A stretch of DNA of 58,703 nucleotides from an uncultured Planctomycetales bacterium (GCA_964486675.1 CAZAOD010000004.1:1-58703); one strand, 5' to 3'. Shown: positions 18,984 to 29,719, counted from the first letter of the stretch. Made by a program: numbers and translations. Notes: generated from the letters alone by a model not told the origin.

Positions 18984-20357
18984 ATGGCTGACTTTGCTAC
19001 AACTTATCTTCGCTCCTTTATCAATTATGAACATGGTAGCATCCCTTCCGACTTAGGAGCATTTCAGTTAGATCGTATCCAAAAGCTTTTAGGTCGTTTA
19101 CGTGATCCTCACAAAGCCTATCCTGTTATTCACATTGTTGGCACAAAAGGAAAAGGTTCGACAGCGATTTTCTTGGCTTCGGCCTTGAGGGAGGCGGGCC
19201 TTAAAGTCGGCCTTTATACCTCGCCACATTTGTATGATGTCAAGGAGCGCATTCGTGTTTTAGCGCCACAAGCTGCGCGTCGGCGGAAAGAAACAGCGTT
19301 TGAAGGGAAGATCTCTCGCTCGGCTTTCGAAAGGATTCTTAAGATCCTTAAGCCTCAGATTGATCATGTGCTTCAGAGAGAAGCGCTTGGAAAGATAACG
19401 TTTTTTGAGGTCATGACAGCGGCAGCATTTTATTTCTTTGAGAAACAAAAAGTCGATGTTGCTGTCCTTGAGGCGGGGCTGGGAGGACGCCTTGACGCTA
19501 CGAATGTTAGCGCTTCTGATCTGTGTGTCATAACGTCTATCAGCCTTGATCATACGGCCCAGCTTGGGAAGACCCTGCAAAGCATTGCTCGTGAAAAGAG
19601 CGCTATTATTAAGAAAAGTACACAGGCTATTTTTCTTTCGCAGCAAACCCCGCAGGTGAACAAGGTCATCTATCAGGTGGCAAAAAAATATCAGGTCCCT
19701 CTCTTTCAGGTCGGGCGCCAGATCCGTTGCCGTGTTTCGCGACAAGGCTTGGACAGGACATGTTTTTCTTTGCGCATGCAAGATAGAGAGCGGCTAAAGC
19801 TTCAGGTTCCTCTTTTGGGTTCTCATCAGGCTCAGAATGCTAGCTTGGCGGCAAGCGCGGCGTGGCATTTCTTAAAACAAAAAGGCATACAAGATCGTAA
19901 GGCTATTGAAAAAGGTCTCGCGAACGCTGTTTGGCCTGGACGCTGCGAGATCGTGAAACGTCACCCAGATATTATTGTTGATAGCGCGCATAATGGGGAT
20001 TCTATGAGAAAATTCTTATTATCCATTAAGTCTCTGTTCCCGGGGCGTAAGGCATGGATCATTTTTGGAGCGTCGTGTGACAAAAATATTTCCAATATGC
20101 TATCCATGCTGGTTCCGCACGCCAAGGCTATTTGTTTAACGCGCTCCCGTCATCCTCGCTCATTCGATTTTAACGGTCAGATCCGGATGTTTAGATCGTG
20201 GCAGAAGAATCCTAGGATTTTTTCTACGGCGGCGAATTGCTCTGTTGCTTTGCATTGTTTTTTGAAGAAAGCCAGAAAGCAGGATATAATTTTAGCAACA
20301 GGTTCTGTTTTTATTGCCAGTGAAATACGAAAATATGCATATACTACACATAAATGA
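18984..20357 (+). CDS. folC: folylpolyglutamate synthase / dihydrofolate synthase
   Basis: Mur-ligase P-loop VGTKGKGST, YTSPHL, EAGLGGRLDATN. Confidence 0.88.
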   Translation: MADFATTYLRSFINYEHGSIPSDLGAFQLDRIQKLLGRLRDPHKAYPVIHIVGTKGKGSTAIFLASALREAGLKVGLYTSPHLYDVKERIRVLAPQAARRRKETAFEGKISRSAFERILKILKPQIDHVLQREALGKITFFEVMTAAAFYFFEKQKVDVAVLEAGLGGRLDATNVSASDLCVITSISLDHTAQLGKTLQSIAREKSAIIKKSTQAIFLSQQTPQVNKVIYQVAKKYQVPLFQVGRQIRCRVSRQGLDRTCFSLRMQDRERLKLQVPLLGSHQAQNASLAASAAWHFLKQKGIQDRKAIEKGLANAVWPGRCEIVKRHPDIIVDSAHNGDSMRKFLLSIKSLFPGRKAWIIFGASCDKNISNMLSMLVPHAKAICLTRSRHPRSFDFNGQIRMFRSWQKNPRIFSTAANCSVALHCFLKKARKQDIILATGSVFIASEIRKYAYTTHK

Positions 20358-21735
20358 TACGATCGCCGCGATCGCCACACCGTCCGGTGAAGGCGGCATA
20401 GGCATTGTCCGCATGAGCGGCGCTAAATCTTTTGAGATCGCTGACAAGATCTTTATTAGCCCTTCTTTGCAGAAGCCTTCTCAGCTTGTGACACACACCG
20501 TGCATTATGGACGCATTGCGGCTCAATCCCAAGGCACGCTTGCTTTTGTTGATGAAGTTCTTTTGATTCCGATGCGCGCTCCTAAGACGTATACTCGCGA
20601 AGACATGGTAGAGATCCATTGTCATGGGGGTCTTATGGCCGTTCGTGCGGTATTGAGTCTTGTTTTGCAGCAGGGTGCCAGGTTAGCAGAAAGAGGAGAG
20701 TTTACGAAAAGAGCTTTTTTAAGTGGTCGCATCGACCTAACACAGGCAGAAGCTATTTTGGACATCATTCAGGCAAAAACAGATATTTCATTGCGATCAA
20801 GCGTTCGTCAGCTCAAAGGCGAGCTTACTTTGGAGCTTGAAGCTTTACGAGAGAGCTTGGCAGATATTTATACACAGCTGGAGGCGGTCGTCAATTTTCC
20901 TGAAGATGATCTTGACACAGCAGGGTATGAAAGCTTGAAAGAAAAGAATCGTGAAGTTTGCGCGCGAGTGCGAACACTTTTTGAATCAGGGCAGGAAGGG
21001 CGAATTTTGAAAGAAGGAGCTAAGGTTGTGATTTGCGGCAAGCCGAATGTTGGAAAGTCCTCTATCCTAAACGTTCTGTTGCGTCAGCCGCGAGCGATCG
21101 TAAGTGCGATGGCTGGGACGACTAGAGATACGATCGAAGAGCTGGCTCAGATCAATGATGTCCCTGTTCAGCTCGTGGACACGGCGGGTATCCTTCAGCC
21201 GCGGGATGCAGTTGAGCAAGAGGCCGTACACCGTAGTCGTTTGAATATCGAAAGTGCTGATCTTGTTCTTTTTGTCCTTGATGTTTCAGAAAAGGTGGAT
21301 AAGAGAGACGAAGAGATCATAAGGGCCATTGAGAAAAAGAATGTGATTCTGGTCTTTAATAAAAGTGATCGTCCTGTGGTCTTGGACATTGAGGAAGTGC
21401 AAAGAAAGTTGCCTGAGTGTCGATCAGTCAGCATTTCCGCTCTGCAAAAGAGCAATATTGAGCAGCTAAAAGAACAGGTCGTCAGCAATCTTTTGCATGG
21501 ACATCCTATAGATTCTCATCGTCTTTTTATTCAGAATGCTCGCCAGATAGAAGCGCTTGGCCAGTGCCTTCAGGCTCTTCTTCGCGCTCAAGAAGCTTTC
21601 TGCGAACAAATCCCTCCTGAGTTTATCGCTGAAGAAATAAGAACGGCCATTCATTATCTTGACCAGATCACAGGCAAGGATATCAGCCAAGACCTTTTGG
21701 AGAGGATTTTTGAATCGTTTTGTATCGGAAAGTAG
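20335..21735 (+). CDS. mnmE: tRNA modification GTPase MnmE
   Basis: DTIAAIATP.G.GGIGIVR.SG, GKPNVGKSS, DTAG, C-terminal CIGK. The start could also be 20314. Confidence 0.92.
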   Translation: MHILHINDTIAAIATPSGEGGIGIVRMSGAKSFEIADKIFISPSLQKPSQLVTHTVHYGRIAAQSQGTLAFVDEVLLIPMRAPKTYTREDMVEIHCHGGLMAVRAVLSLVLQQGARLAERGEFTKRAFLSGRIDLTQAEAILDIIQAKTDISLRSSVRQLKGELTLELEALRESLADIYTQLEAVVNFPEDDLDTAGYESLKEKNREVCARVRTLFESGQEGRILKEGAKVVICGKPNVGKSSILNVLLRQPRAIVSAMAGTTRDTIEELAQINDVPVQLVDTAGILQPRDAVEQEAVHRSRLNIESADLVLFVLDVSEKVDKRDEEIIRAIEKKNVILVFNKSDRPVVLDIEEVQRKLPECRSVSISALQKSNIEQLKEQVVSNLLHGHPIDSHRLFIQNARQIEALGQCLQALLRAQEAFCEQIPPEFIAEEIRTAIHYLDQITGKDISQDLLERIFESFCIGK

Positions 21736-21737
21736 TG

Positions 21738-22487
21738 TTAGAAGTTTTCTTTGACCGCGTGGCTATAAAGATCCAGAAGTTTTTGGACAAAGTCTTTGTC
21801 TCTTAGAAGAGCTTGGATTTTAGGATTAGCGATAAGGCGCGCGATATCCTTTTCTTCGATCAGTTTTATGATTTTTTCATCTTGCAGGACGGCTTGTAAT
21901 TTCTCATCGCCATAAATCGCTTGCATACTTTCATCGGACATGATCCTGCTGCCTTCAGGACTTTTTAGGCTTGATGTGTTCGATTGCAATAATAGATCAG
22001 GCTGCTCATGCATTTTTTTCAGCGCTTGATAGATCGGATAACGGGAGAATATCTTGGATTCAGCCAGTGTGTATGTCAATGACTGCTCCGTGATCCTTTT
22101 TGCTTTTTTGAAAAAAGGTTTATCGACGCGGACCATGACGAACAGGAACATGACTGAAAGGGTTAGCGACAATGACCAGCTTAGGCCGATCATGGCCCCT
22201 AGTCCGCGGCTGAGCAGGCTACAACGTTTAGTCTTGACGATCATGCGGTTCCAGACAGAAAGGCCGATCCATAAAAGGATCGACAGGCCGGTAGATAGCA
22301 AAAAGAATATTTTTAAGCTTTCAAGGATGTCGTAGTTGCCTCGAAAAGATGTCAGGGCGATCTGGCTACTGATCAACAGTGCCGCAAAGGCCAAGGCAAA
22401 GCGCATGATACCCTGTACCCATCCTAAGCACGTAAAATAAAGGACTACGAGAATAACGACAATATCCGCTTGGTTCATTATATCCAT
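21738..22487 (-). CDS. CvpA-family membrane protein with a C-terminal soluble extension
   Basis: N-terminus DIVVILVVLYFTCLGWVQGIMRFALAFAALLIS plus 4 TM helices, typical of CvpA. GGAG RBS. Confidence 0.55.
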   Translation of the reverse strand: MDIMNQADIVVILVVLYFTCLGWVQGIMRFALAFAALLISSQIALTSFRGNYDILESLKIFFLLSTGLSILLWIGLSVWNRMIVKTKRCSLLSRGLGAMIGLSWSLSLTLSVMFLFVMVRVDKPFFKKAKRITEQSLTYTLAESKIFSRYPIYQALKKMHEQPDLLLQSNTSSLKSPEGSRIMSDESMQAIYGDEKLQAVLQDEKIIKLIEEKDIARLIANPKIQALLRDKDFVQKLLDLYSHAVKENF

Positions 22488-22625
22488 ATGCTGTCTCCGA
22501 TTACTTTCACTATAACTGAAACATCTTATTCAATCAAGAAGCAAAAGCTTAATCTCTAGAAGATGTGTCATGAGATTTCTTGGAAAGACTTGCTAATTAG
22601 TCTATAATACAAAAAAGGAGGGCGT

Positions 22626-22943
22626 ATGCGTATTCATCATTTGATCATGGTTTCTATTCTTTTGATAAGCGTTAGCGCTTGCACTCAGATGCAAGTTGGC
22701 TATCTTTCCGCGAAAGCGATATCCGCCACCAATGCCGGAAGTTTCGCCAAGGCGGAAGAGTTATATTTAAAGATCATCGAGCTTGAGCCAAATGTCGCAG
22801 ATCATCATTGGCAGCTTGCGGGTGTTTATATCGCTTCTCGACAGCAAGCAAAAGCCCAGAAAGAGATCCAAGTCTTGCGACGCTTGGGAAGGGACGATCT
22901 TGCGGATCAACTTTTCATTATTATGAATAAACCAGCTGAATAA
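22626..22943 (+). CDS. small TPR-like lipoprotein
   Basis: Lipobox LISVSAC, then a single TPR-like helix pair. Confidence 0.5.
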   Translation: MRIHHLIMVSILLISVSACTQMQVGYLSAKAISATNAGSFAKAEELYLKIIELEPNVADHHWQLAGVYIASRQQAKAQKEIQVLRRLGRDDLADQLFIIMNKPAE

Positions 22944-22945
22944 TT

Positions 22946-23257
22946 TTAAGGCGCTGCTTGGGGTGCTGCGAACATGGAAAATGCGAAATAAAGGATCAGC
23001 GCGATAAAGGGAATGGCAAGAAGGATAAGGATTATTTGAACGACCTTGCTCGTTGTTTTTGAAGCTTTTATTTTTTTGTTGCGAATTTCTATGGACTTTT
23101 GATGCTGTGCCCGATATTCTTCAAGGCTGACCTGTTCCAGACCTTTTGGCAAGGGCTTTTTTTTCTGATCTTTAGGTGATATTTCTTCTTTGGTCATCGG
23201 GCTTACTATCTTTCTTGAAAGTGGACTTACTATATCATAAGCAAAAAGATGCTTCAA
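22946..23257 (-). CDS. hypothetical K-rich protein with a C-terminal TM anchor
   Basis: 103-aa ORF with one hydrophobic helix (VVQIILILLAIPFIALILYFAFSMF). No family recognised. Confidence 0.4.
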   Translation of the reverse strand: MKHLFAYDIVSPLSRKIVSPMTKEEISPKDQKKKPLPKGLEQVSLEEYRAQHQKSIEIRNKKIKASKTTSKVVQIILILLAIPFIALILYFAFSMFAAPQAAP

Positions 23258-23373
23258 TATGAATTACGGTATTTTTCGGGTGAACACCTTGATTCCACCT
23301 GATAGATGTGTTATATTTAATCTAGTCACGAAGCCACGAAAGAATTCAAAAACCATAAAAGGACGGTTGATCT

Positions 23374-23694
23374 ATGAATAAGCGTGAGAATCCACGCTAC
23401 GATTGTCGTGTTCCACTCATGGATGAACGCAGAGAAACCCTGAGTAGCAGCTATACTACAGATATTAGCCGCACAGGGGTTGGTTTCGTGTCAACGCGAT
23501 TTATTCCTGTCAATAGTAAGCTTATGGTCGAGATCGCGTTAACTCGAGAGGAAAATCCAATGCTGGTCCAGGGGCGAGTTCAGTGGGTCGAAAAGATCCC
23601 TCATTCGTCCAATTTTCGCATTGGCATGAATTTTTCAGATATTTCGTCAGATGCGCAGTCGCGTATCGCAGAGCATTTTGACGTCTCTGCTTAA
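23374..23694 (+). CDS. single-domain PilZ protein (c-di-GMP receptor type)
   Basis: RxxxR (RENPR) and D/NxSxxG (DISRTGVG) motifs. Confidence 0.7.
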   Translation: MNKRENPRYDCRVPLMDERRETLSSSYTTDISRTGVGFVSTRFIPVNSKLMVEIALTREENPMLVQGRVQWVEKIPHSSNFRIGMNFSDISSDAQSRIAEHFDVSA

Positions 23695-23726
23695 TATTTT
23701 AAAGCCACGGGGAAAGAGAATGCCCC

Positions 23727-24065
23727 TTGAAGAATCGACTTAGCAGTAATCAGCGTCTTTTTGAACGCGTGGAGGTTCGTTTTCCTGCCCGAGTGAAGAC
23801 TCTTCAAGCCTCTGAAGAGCGCGATATCGTTGTCAAAGATTTTTCTCCGGAAGGCATCAAAGTCCTTACGCATCAACGCTTTTCATTATTTGATCGCTTA
23901 TCGCTTTCATTGACGCCCATTGATGGATCCGGCCCCGTTTTCATGGATGGTTATGTCGTGTGGACGGGTAAGGACAGCTCTGATAACTGGCATGCGGGGA
24001 TCAAGTTTAGCCAAGTTGACCTGCTAAAAGCCAATCGCATCATCGAATTTTGTCAGCGTTCTTGA
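23727..24065 (+). CDS. single-domain PilZ protein
   Basis: RLFER plus DFSPEGIKV motifs. Non-ATG start according to the track. Confidence 0.65.
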   Translation: MKNRLSSNQRLFERVEVRFPARVKTLQASEERDIVVKDFSPEGIKVLTHQRFSLFDRLSLSLTPIDGSGPVFMDGYVVWTGKDSSDNWHAGIKFSQVDLLKANRIIEFCQRS

Positions 24066-24092
24066 CAGATATCTAAAATCAGAAATAAAATC

Positions 24093-24122
24093 TTGACCAG
24101 CCCCTAAGCCTCGTGTTAAACT
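24093..24122 (+). promoter_or_regulatory. candidate promoter for the GH94 gene
   Basis: TTGACC (24093-24098), N18, TGtTAAACT (hexamer 24117-24122). Confidence 0.3.
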
Positions 24123-24176
24123 CACTTTTCAATTTATATTAAATATACAATTTAACCCTTTAACCCATTATTACAT

Positions 24177-26597
24177 ATGCAATACGGTCATTTTTCTTCA
24201 GACAGCACAGAATACATCGTTACTGATCCTCAGACACCTTTTCCGTGGATCAATTATCTGACGAACGAGCATTATTGCTCCATCATCTCTCAATGCGCAG
24301 GCGGTTATAGTTTTTATCGCGATTGCCGCACGAACCGCGTAACGCGCTGGGCTCCGGAAAACTATCATTTTGACCGCCCAGGCAAATACATCTTCTTACG
24401 TGATGAGCAGGGGCACGCCTGGTCAGCGACTTATCAACCGATCCGCCAGAAGCCTTCTTTGTACGCGTGCCATCATGGATTGGGATACACGACCATTCGT
24501 TCTAAAAATTTTGGGATCCTGTCGGAAGTAACATATTTTGTTCCAGAAGAAGATGATTGTGAGATCTGGATCGCGACACTGGAGAATACGACATCCAAGA
24601 CCAGAAAGCTTGAAGTCTTTCCATATGTTGAATTTTTGCTCGGAGATTACCAGGAAGAATTGCGCTATCGCAATATCATGAATTTGTATAACCGTATCTG
24701 GTTTGACAAGAAGCAAAAGGCGATCTTTGCCAAAAAGACAGCCCAATGGGCGGGTATGAACATTCAGCCGTTCTCAAGCTTGATCTTTTTCGCTTCTTCT
24801 TTGGAGCCGAAGGGCGCTTGCACTCGCAAAGAGACTTTTCTGGGCCGCTACAACAACGAAGAAAGACCGCAGGCTGTTGTCGATGGAAAGTTTGAGGATT
24901 TTCATCTTTGTTCGGGCGAGGACGGCATTGGCTCCTTTAAACATGTTGTGACCTTGAAACCCGGACAGCGTGTTGATTTTACGGTCGTTCTAGGGCAAAC
25001 AGAAAGATTGGCCGGCTTAAAGAAGCGTCTGGCGAACTATAAGAATCTTTCTTATGCCAGAAAAGAGCTTGCTAAGACAAAGAAAATTTGGCAAGAGCGT
25101 ATCTTGAACAATATTGAAATCCAAACACCAGATAGAGATTTGAACACGATCGTTAATGTTTGGCTGAAATATCAAATGTATATTTGTAATATTTGGTCCC
25201 GTTCTCCCAGCTTTTTTCATGAAGGTTCAGGCGGACGAGGCTATCGTGATTCCTGTCAGGATTCCGAATCCATTGTTTCTATCAATTCTGCTTTAACGCG
25301 TAAGCGAATCCTTAAGATCGCCTCTCTGATCCGTCGTGATGGAACGTCCGCCCCAGGGTGGTCGGAAACAGTCGGACCGCATAAATTTTTGCCGAACAAG
25401 GACCATCAAGTCTGGCTTACCTCTACTGTTTGCGCGTACGTGAAGGAGACAGGGGATACGGGGATCTTATCGGAACAGGTTCCGTATCTTCGCGACAAAT
25501 GGGTGGGTGGATGGCATGAGGACAAAAATTGGAAGGGCCCTGCCAGAGAGGATGGCAAAGGAACTCTGTTAGAGCATTTAGAAAAAAATCTCAGCTTTTG
25601 TTTTTCTGATACGGGCGCGCGAGGATTTCCCTTGATTGGTCACGCGGACTGGAATGACGCGATCGATGCCGCCGGGATCAAGCATAAAGGGGACAGTGTT
25701 TGGCTGGCTCAAGCTTTGGTGCGGTCTTTGCGCTTGTTCGTTGACCTGTGCGAATTTATCGGTGAAACAGAGAAGGCTCGCAAATACTGTCAGATGGCTG
25801 ATGTGATGGATAAACGTATCAACGACAAGGGCTGGGATGGGGAATGGTATTCGAGAGGATTTGATGACAGCGGTCAGGTCTATGGAAGCCGCAAGGACAA
25901 GGAAGGGAAGATCTTTCTAAATACGCAAGCTTGGGCCGTTCTTTCAGGTGTTGCTAAGGACAAAAGGCTTAAGACGGTATTAAAGAGTGTTGATAAATAC
26001 CTTAACGGACCTCATGGGCTGGCATTGTTTTATCCAGCTTTTACTTCATGGGTTAAGCGCTTGGGGCGTATTAGCATGTTCTCAGAAGGCACAAAAGAAA
26101 ATGCGGCTGTTTTTTGTCACGCGGCAACTTTTATGGCTGTTGCGTACGCGATGATCGGGCATGGCGACAAGGCTTACGAAGCGATGAAAAAGGTCATGCC
26201 TAACGCCCAAAAGGACATGGAGCTTTATAAAACAGAACCTTACGCCTACGCTGAATATCTTGTCGGTCCAGGGAATCCTTATCGCTATGGTGAAGGAGCC
26301 TTCACGTGGATCACCGGCACGGCCGGCTGGAGCTTTATGGCCGCGACAGAATGGCTCTTAGGCGCTCGTCGAGATCTTAACGGTTTACGTGTTGACCCTT
26401 CGATCCCTCGTCATTGGAAGAAATGCTTTATTCGACGTCCATTCCGTGGCAGCGTTTATGAGATCACGATCGAAAACCCCAAAAGTAAAGAGCATGGTGT
26501 TAAAGCTGTCTTTCTGGATGAAAAAGAGCTCGACACTAATTTGCTTCCGGCTCTTAACGACGGCAAGACGCATCGCGTCAGGGTTGTTTTAGGATAA
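24177..26597 (+). CDS. GH94 disaccharide phosphorylase (cellobiose / chitobiose / laminaribiose phosphorylase family)
   Basis: N-terminus MQYGHFSSDSTEYIVTDPQTPFPWINYLTNE...QCAGGYSFYRD is very close to characterised cellobiose phosphorylases. The 806-aa length fits. Confidence 0.88.
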   Translation: MQYGHFSSDSTEYIVTDPQTPFPWINYLTNEHYCSIISQCAGGYSFYRDCRTNRVTRWAPENYHFDRPGKYIFLRDEQGHAWSATYQPIRQKPSLYACHHGLGYTTIRSKNFGILSEVTYFVPEEDDCEIWIATLENTTSKTRKLEVFPYVEFLLGDYQEELRYRNIMNLYNRIWFDKKQKAIFAKKTAQWAGMNIQPFSSLIFFASSLEPKGACTRKETFLGRYNNEERPQAVVDGKFEDFHLCSGEDGIGSFKHVVTLKPGQRVDFTVVLGQTERLAGLKKRLANYKNLSYARKELAKTKKIWQERILNNIEIQTPDRDLNTIVNVWLKYQMYICNIWSRSPSFFHEGSGGRGYRDSCQDSESIVSINSALTRKRILKIASLIRRDGTSAPGWSETVGPHKFLPNKDHQVWLTSTVCAYVKETGDTGILSEQVPYLRDKWVGGWHEDKNWKGPAREDGKGTLLEHLEKNLSFCFSDTGARGFPLIGHADWNDAIDAAGIKHKGDSVWLAQALVRSLRLFVDLCEFIGETEKARKYCQMADVMDKRINDKGWDGEWYSRGFDDSGQVYGSRKDKEGKIFLNTQAWAVLSGVAKDKRLKTVLKSVDKYLNGPHGLALFYPAFTSWVKRLGRISMFSEGTKENAAVFCHAATFMAVAYAMIGHGDKAYEAMKKVMPNAQKDMELYKTEPYAYAEYLVGPGNPYRYGEGAFTWITGTAGWSFMAATEWLLGARRDLNGLRVDPSIPRHWKKCFIRRPFRGSVYEITIENPKSKEHGVKAVFLDEKELDTNLLPALNDGKTHRVRVVLG

Positions 26598-26632
26598 CAC
26601 CCTCTTTTCGTTTCTAGCTTAAGATCAAGATC

Positions 26633-29518
26633 CTAGAAGTATTTTGTGTAGAACAAGCGGATAATGTGTTGCGTATCCACTGTTGGCGTTGAACTGCCGA
26701 TGTAGGGAGTGCCGGTAGCATAGCCTGTGTAGATCGATGGCCCGACACCGTAAGAAGCCGTGATTTTGCTTTCGTCCCTTAACAGATATTGTGTTTCAAA
26801 GAAGAAATTGTGATGGCTCTGAAAATCAATTTCCCCTCTGTTGTTGCCTAAAGAATCCAGATCAAGTAATTTGCTCAGGCTATTCCATCGGCTCCACGTG
26901 TATTTTGCGTACATTTGAAGATTTGCTGTTGGCATATAGCTAGCGGCCAGTCCGACATGATTCATGTTGTCATCAATAGGTCCTGCAAATTCATTAGGAT
27001 TACGCGTGTAATCCAGATAAATACCCCACTTATCATTTGGTCTAAAGTCAAATCCTGTGCGGAAGATATTGTGATATTCGTAAGGCGGAGAGGAAAAGAA
27101 TCCTTGGCTATACAAGAAATTATAGTCGTAACGATAAATTCTACCGTAGGCGTCGTACGTTGCCGTGGTGGTGTCGTTCAAGATGCCCCTTGGAAAGTTA
27201 TCCGCGCCAGCAGTAAAATCATTCGTACGCTCCCAAATACCACTCCAGGCCATCCAGTCAGTTAGCCAATATTTTAGTCCCAGAGATGTTGTGTAAAGAT
27301 TGGCATCTTCTCCGTCAGGAATGGCTGTGTTTGCCATGTAGCCACCGTCAAGACGTGTCATGTAAGGGTCAAAACCTCCCGTCGTGCGCGGAACATGATG
27401 GGTTAGTAAAAGCATTTTTGTTTCAAAGCGCTTATTTGGTTGCCAACCCCATTCTGTGCGAGCAACTGTTTCAACATATTTATTCGTGCTGGCCTGATGA
27501 ACATTGCGGATATCTGCCAGGCCTTTTAACTTTTCATCCCAAAATGAAAGGTCTGTCCGCCAGTTCGCGACATAGCGGTCGTAGTCGATACCGTTACCGA
27601 TCCGGAAAGCGTTAATATCATCCGCAGAGATCGTTTGAAAACTGACGGGATCCCGGAATGTCAGATGGCGTCCCCAGAATTCATCATCACGCGTTTCTAG
27701 GTATGTTGAAAGGCTGGACTGAAATCCTTTGTCCATGCGCGAAAGACGCAAACGTGTTTTATAAAAGGTTGGCTCGCCATCATCCGGCTTGATAAGGAAA
27801 TAATCCTGATCAGCGCCTTCAAGATAAGAGGACGTTTTCATTAATTGTAGATCATAGGCAGATCCTCGTTGTTGAGAATCATAAAAGTCATTGGTCAGGT
27901 CTTGCTGCAGGTAGGAGAAAGCGTATTGAGCGGAAACTTTTGAGCTGGGGCTCATCATGAGCCCTGAATCAACACTGGTGACGATATTATACGCGTCAAG
28001 GTCCTGATTAATAAAGCCAAGATGGGCGTTATCTGTGATGCCGACATAGAACTGTTCAGAGAAGTTCTGTTTTGCGCGGACACTGGTCGCCAAAGCATCA
28101 AAGATGTCATAGTCTTGCCACAGCGTTTTTGGCGAAGCGACCGTCGCGAGGATCTCTGTGTTTTCTTTACTAAAATTCGCTGAAAAGCCGCGCAACGCTG
28201 TTAAGCGGTTTCCTTCACTGTCACGTGTCGCAAAAGCTAAGTCGTCATTCCACTCGCCTTTTGTAAAATCAACAGGGGTAGCGCCGGCATTGACATGCCC
28301 TGGTTTCCAATTCGCTAGCCAAGGGCTTTCTTCCCACCAGGTTCTGTTGTTGGAAAGGCGCAAAGGGTCATCTGTGGACAGCGCTTTATCCTCAAGCCCA
28401 AAGGGGAAGACCTGAAGCTTGATCGTATCGCTTGGCTCATAGTCTACCCAGAGTTCGCGCACAGGTTGAAACCACATGTTGAGTTTTGTGTCAGGCAAGA
28501 GAAATTGATTGCTAAATTTTGTCGTTAGCATGGTACTGGCTATTTGACCATTGATAACTTTCAGCTCAGGAATAGCCATTAAATCACCATTCTGAAGCGT
28601 GTCAACATTAAGGCCCATGGTATAAGCACTGTTGCCAGAATAAAAGAACTGAACATCAGCAGAGTCTCCACCGACCCCAGACAAGGTCATCTTTTTTGAT
28701 TTTCCGACATAGCTCCAGGGGTCAAGGGCAATATTCGTGTGAAACGAAAAAGGATTGCCAATAGGTTCAACATCAACATCAAATTTCATTTGGCTATAAA
28801 TCGCAGGGTCGTAGGTGTTGATGCGCTGGTTCAGCTGATCCCCGGAGAGAAGGCGATAATTCTTTTCATTGAGGTCAAAGTTCGCACGCTTCCAGATAAA
28901 TTCGCCACCCCCGGATGTTTCAAATCCAAAGCCCGCGCGCACTTTACCGTGGATCATGACCTCTTCAGGTTTGGTTTCCTGATATTCTTTTTGCTTAGAA
29001 GAAAAAGATCGATTATCAACAGATTTCTGAGGAGCGATGTCTTCATCGCCGAAAGCTTCAAGCATTTTTGCTTCAGAGACAGTCTCAGCATTTAGTGCGG
29101 AAGCAAGGGTCTGGCGAACTGTCCGGGCAGGAGGATAGCTAGTGACCGCTTGTTGACCTTTTGTATGTTGAGCATATTCTTGTTCCAGCTCTTTGATCGC
29201 GTGAAATTTGTTGAGCTCGTCGTTAATAGCTTTGTCGCGGTTTTCAGCGTATGATACTGAGGATCGCGCGTTTTCTATGGATTGTCGGCAGAGAGGAAGG
29301 TATTTGAGGGCATCAGGATTGCCAGGCTCTCTGTTCAAGGCCGCTTCAAATTTCTTTGCGGCTTCAACATATTGTCCTTGGCCGTATAAAAAAAGACCCA
29401 TTTCAGCATCGATATTGCTGGCTGACGCTGTTAAGGGAAGGATAGAAGAAAGAGCGACAACAAGAAATCCCAATAAACAAATCGTTGCCAATTTTATGGC
29501 ACAGTTCTTTTGGTTCAA
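26633..29518 (-). CDS. large outer-membrane beta-barrel protein with an N-terminal TPR-like segment (candidate glycan channel)
   Basis: Signal peptide (LPLTASA-SN). A TPR-like helix pair and a Q/E-rich linker are followed by about 750 aa of Y/W/G/N/D-rich alternating sequence. C-terminal ...RLFYTKYF with a terminal Phe, typical of BAM substrates. Confidence 0.6.
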   Translation of the reverse strand: MNQKNCAIKLATICLLGFLVVALSSILPLTASASNIDAEMGLFLYGQGQYVEAAKKFEAALNREPGNPDALKYLPLCRQSIENARSSVSYAENRDKAINDELNKFHAIKELEQEYAQHTKGQQAVTSYPPARTVRQTLASALNAETVSEAKMLEAFGDEDIAPQKSVDNRSFSSKQKEYQETKPEEVMIHGKVRAGFGFETSGGGEFIWKRANFDLNEKNYRLLSGDQLNQRINTYDPAIYSQMKFDVDVEPIGNPFSFHTNIALDPWSYVGKSKKMTLSGVGGDSADVQFFYSGNSAYTMGLNVDTLQNGDLMAIPELKVINGQIASTMLTTKFSNQFLLPDTKLNMWFQPVRELWVDYEPSDTIKLQVFPFGLEDKALSTDDPLRLSNNRTWWEESPWLANWKPGHVNAGATPVDFTKGEWNDDLAFATRDSEGNRLTALRGFSANFSKENTEILATVASPKTLWQDYDIFDALATSVRAKQNFSEQFYVGITDNAHLGFINQDLDAYNIVTSVDSGLMMSPSSKVSAQYAFSYLQQDLTNDFYDSQQRGSAYDLQLMKTSSYLEGADQDYFLIKPDDGEPTFYKTRLRLSRMDKGFQSSLSTYLETRDDEFWGRHLTFRDPVSFQTISADDINAFRIGNGIDYDRYVANWRTDLSFWDEKLKGLADIRNVHQASTNKYVETVARTEWGWQPNKRFETKMLLLTHHVPRTTGGFDPYMTRLDGGYMANTAIPDGEDANLYTTSLGLKYWLTDWMAWSGIWERTNDFTAGADNFPRGILNDTTTATYDAYGRIYRYDYNFLYSQGFFSSPPYEYHNIFRTGFDFRPNDKWGIYLDYTRNPNEFAGPIDDNMNHVGLAASYMPTANLQMYAKYTWSRWNSLSKLLDLDSLGNNRGEIDFQSHHNFFFETQYLLRDESKITASYGVGPSIYTGYATGTPYIGSSTPTVDTQHIIRLFYTKYF

Positions 29519-29690
29519 GATGACCTCAGAATTCTATTAAATAAGATTAATTAATATGTGGAACTAAATAAGTATAACATATAAAAAATAAAGAAAGCAA
29601 GACAGCTTTTAAATTTTTCGGTTCTAATGTTGTGGATATGAAGAAGGTAGCGGCATCTTTCTTGTGTCGAGGAAGGGCGATCCGTTGTTT

Positions 29691-29719
29691 TTGACAATAA
29701 AAAAGCTTTATGATATACT
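29691..29719 (+). promoter_or_regulatory. near-consensus sigma70 promoter for the ABC importer operon
   Basis: TTGACA (29691-29696), N17, TGaTATACT (hexamer 29714-29719). Confidence 0.55.

Noticed and set aside
19260-19781. 173-aa minus-strand ORF
   Set aside because: It is antisense within folC, which has unambiguous Mur-ligase motifs.
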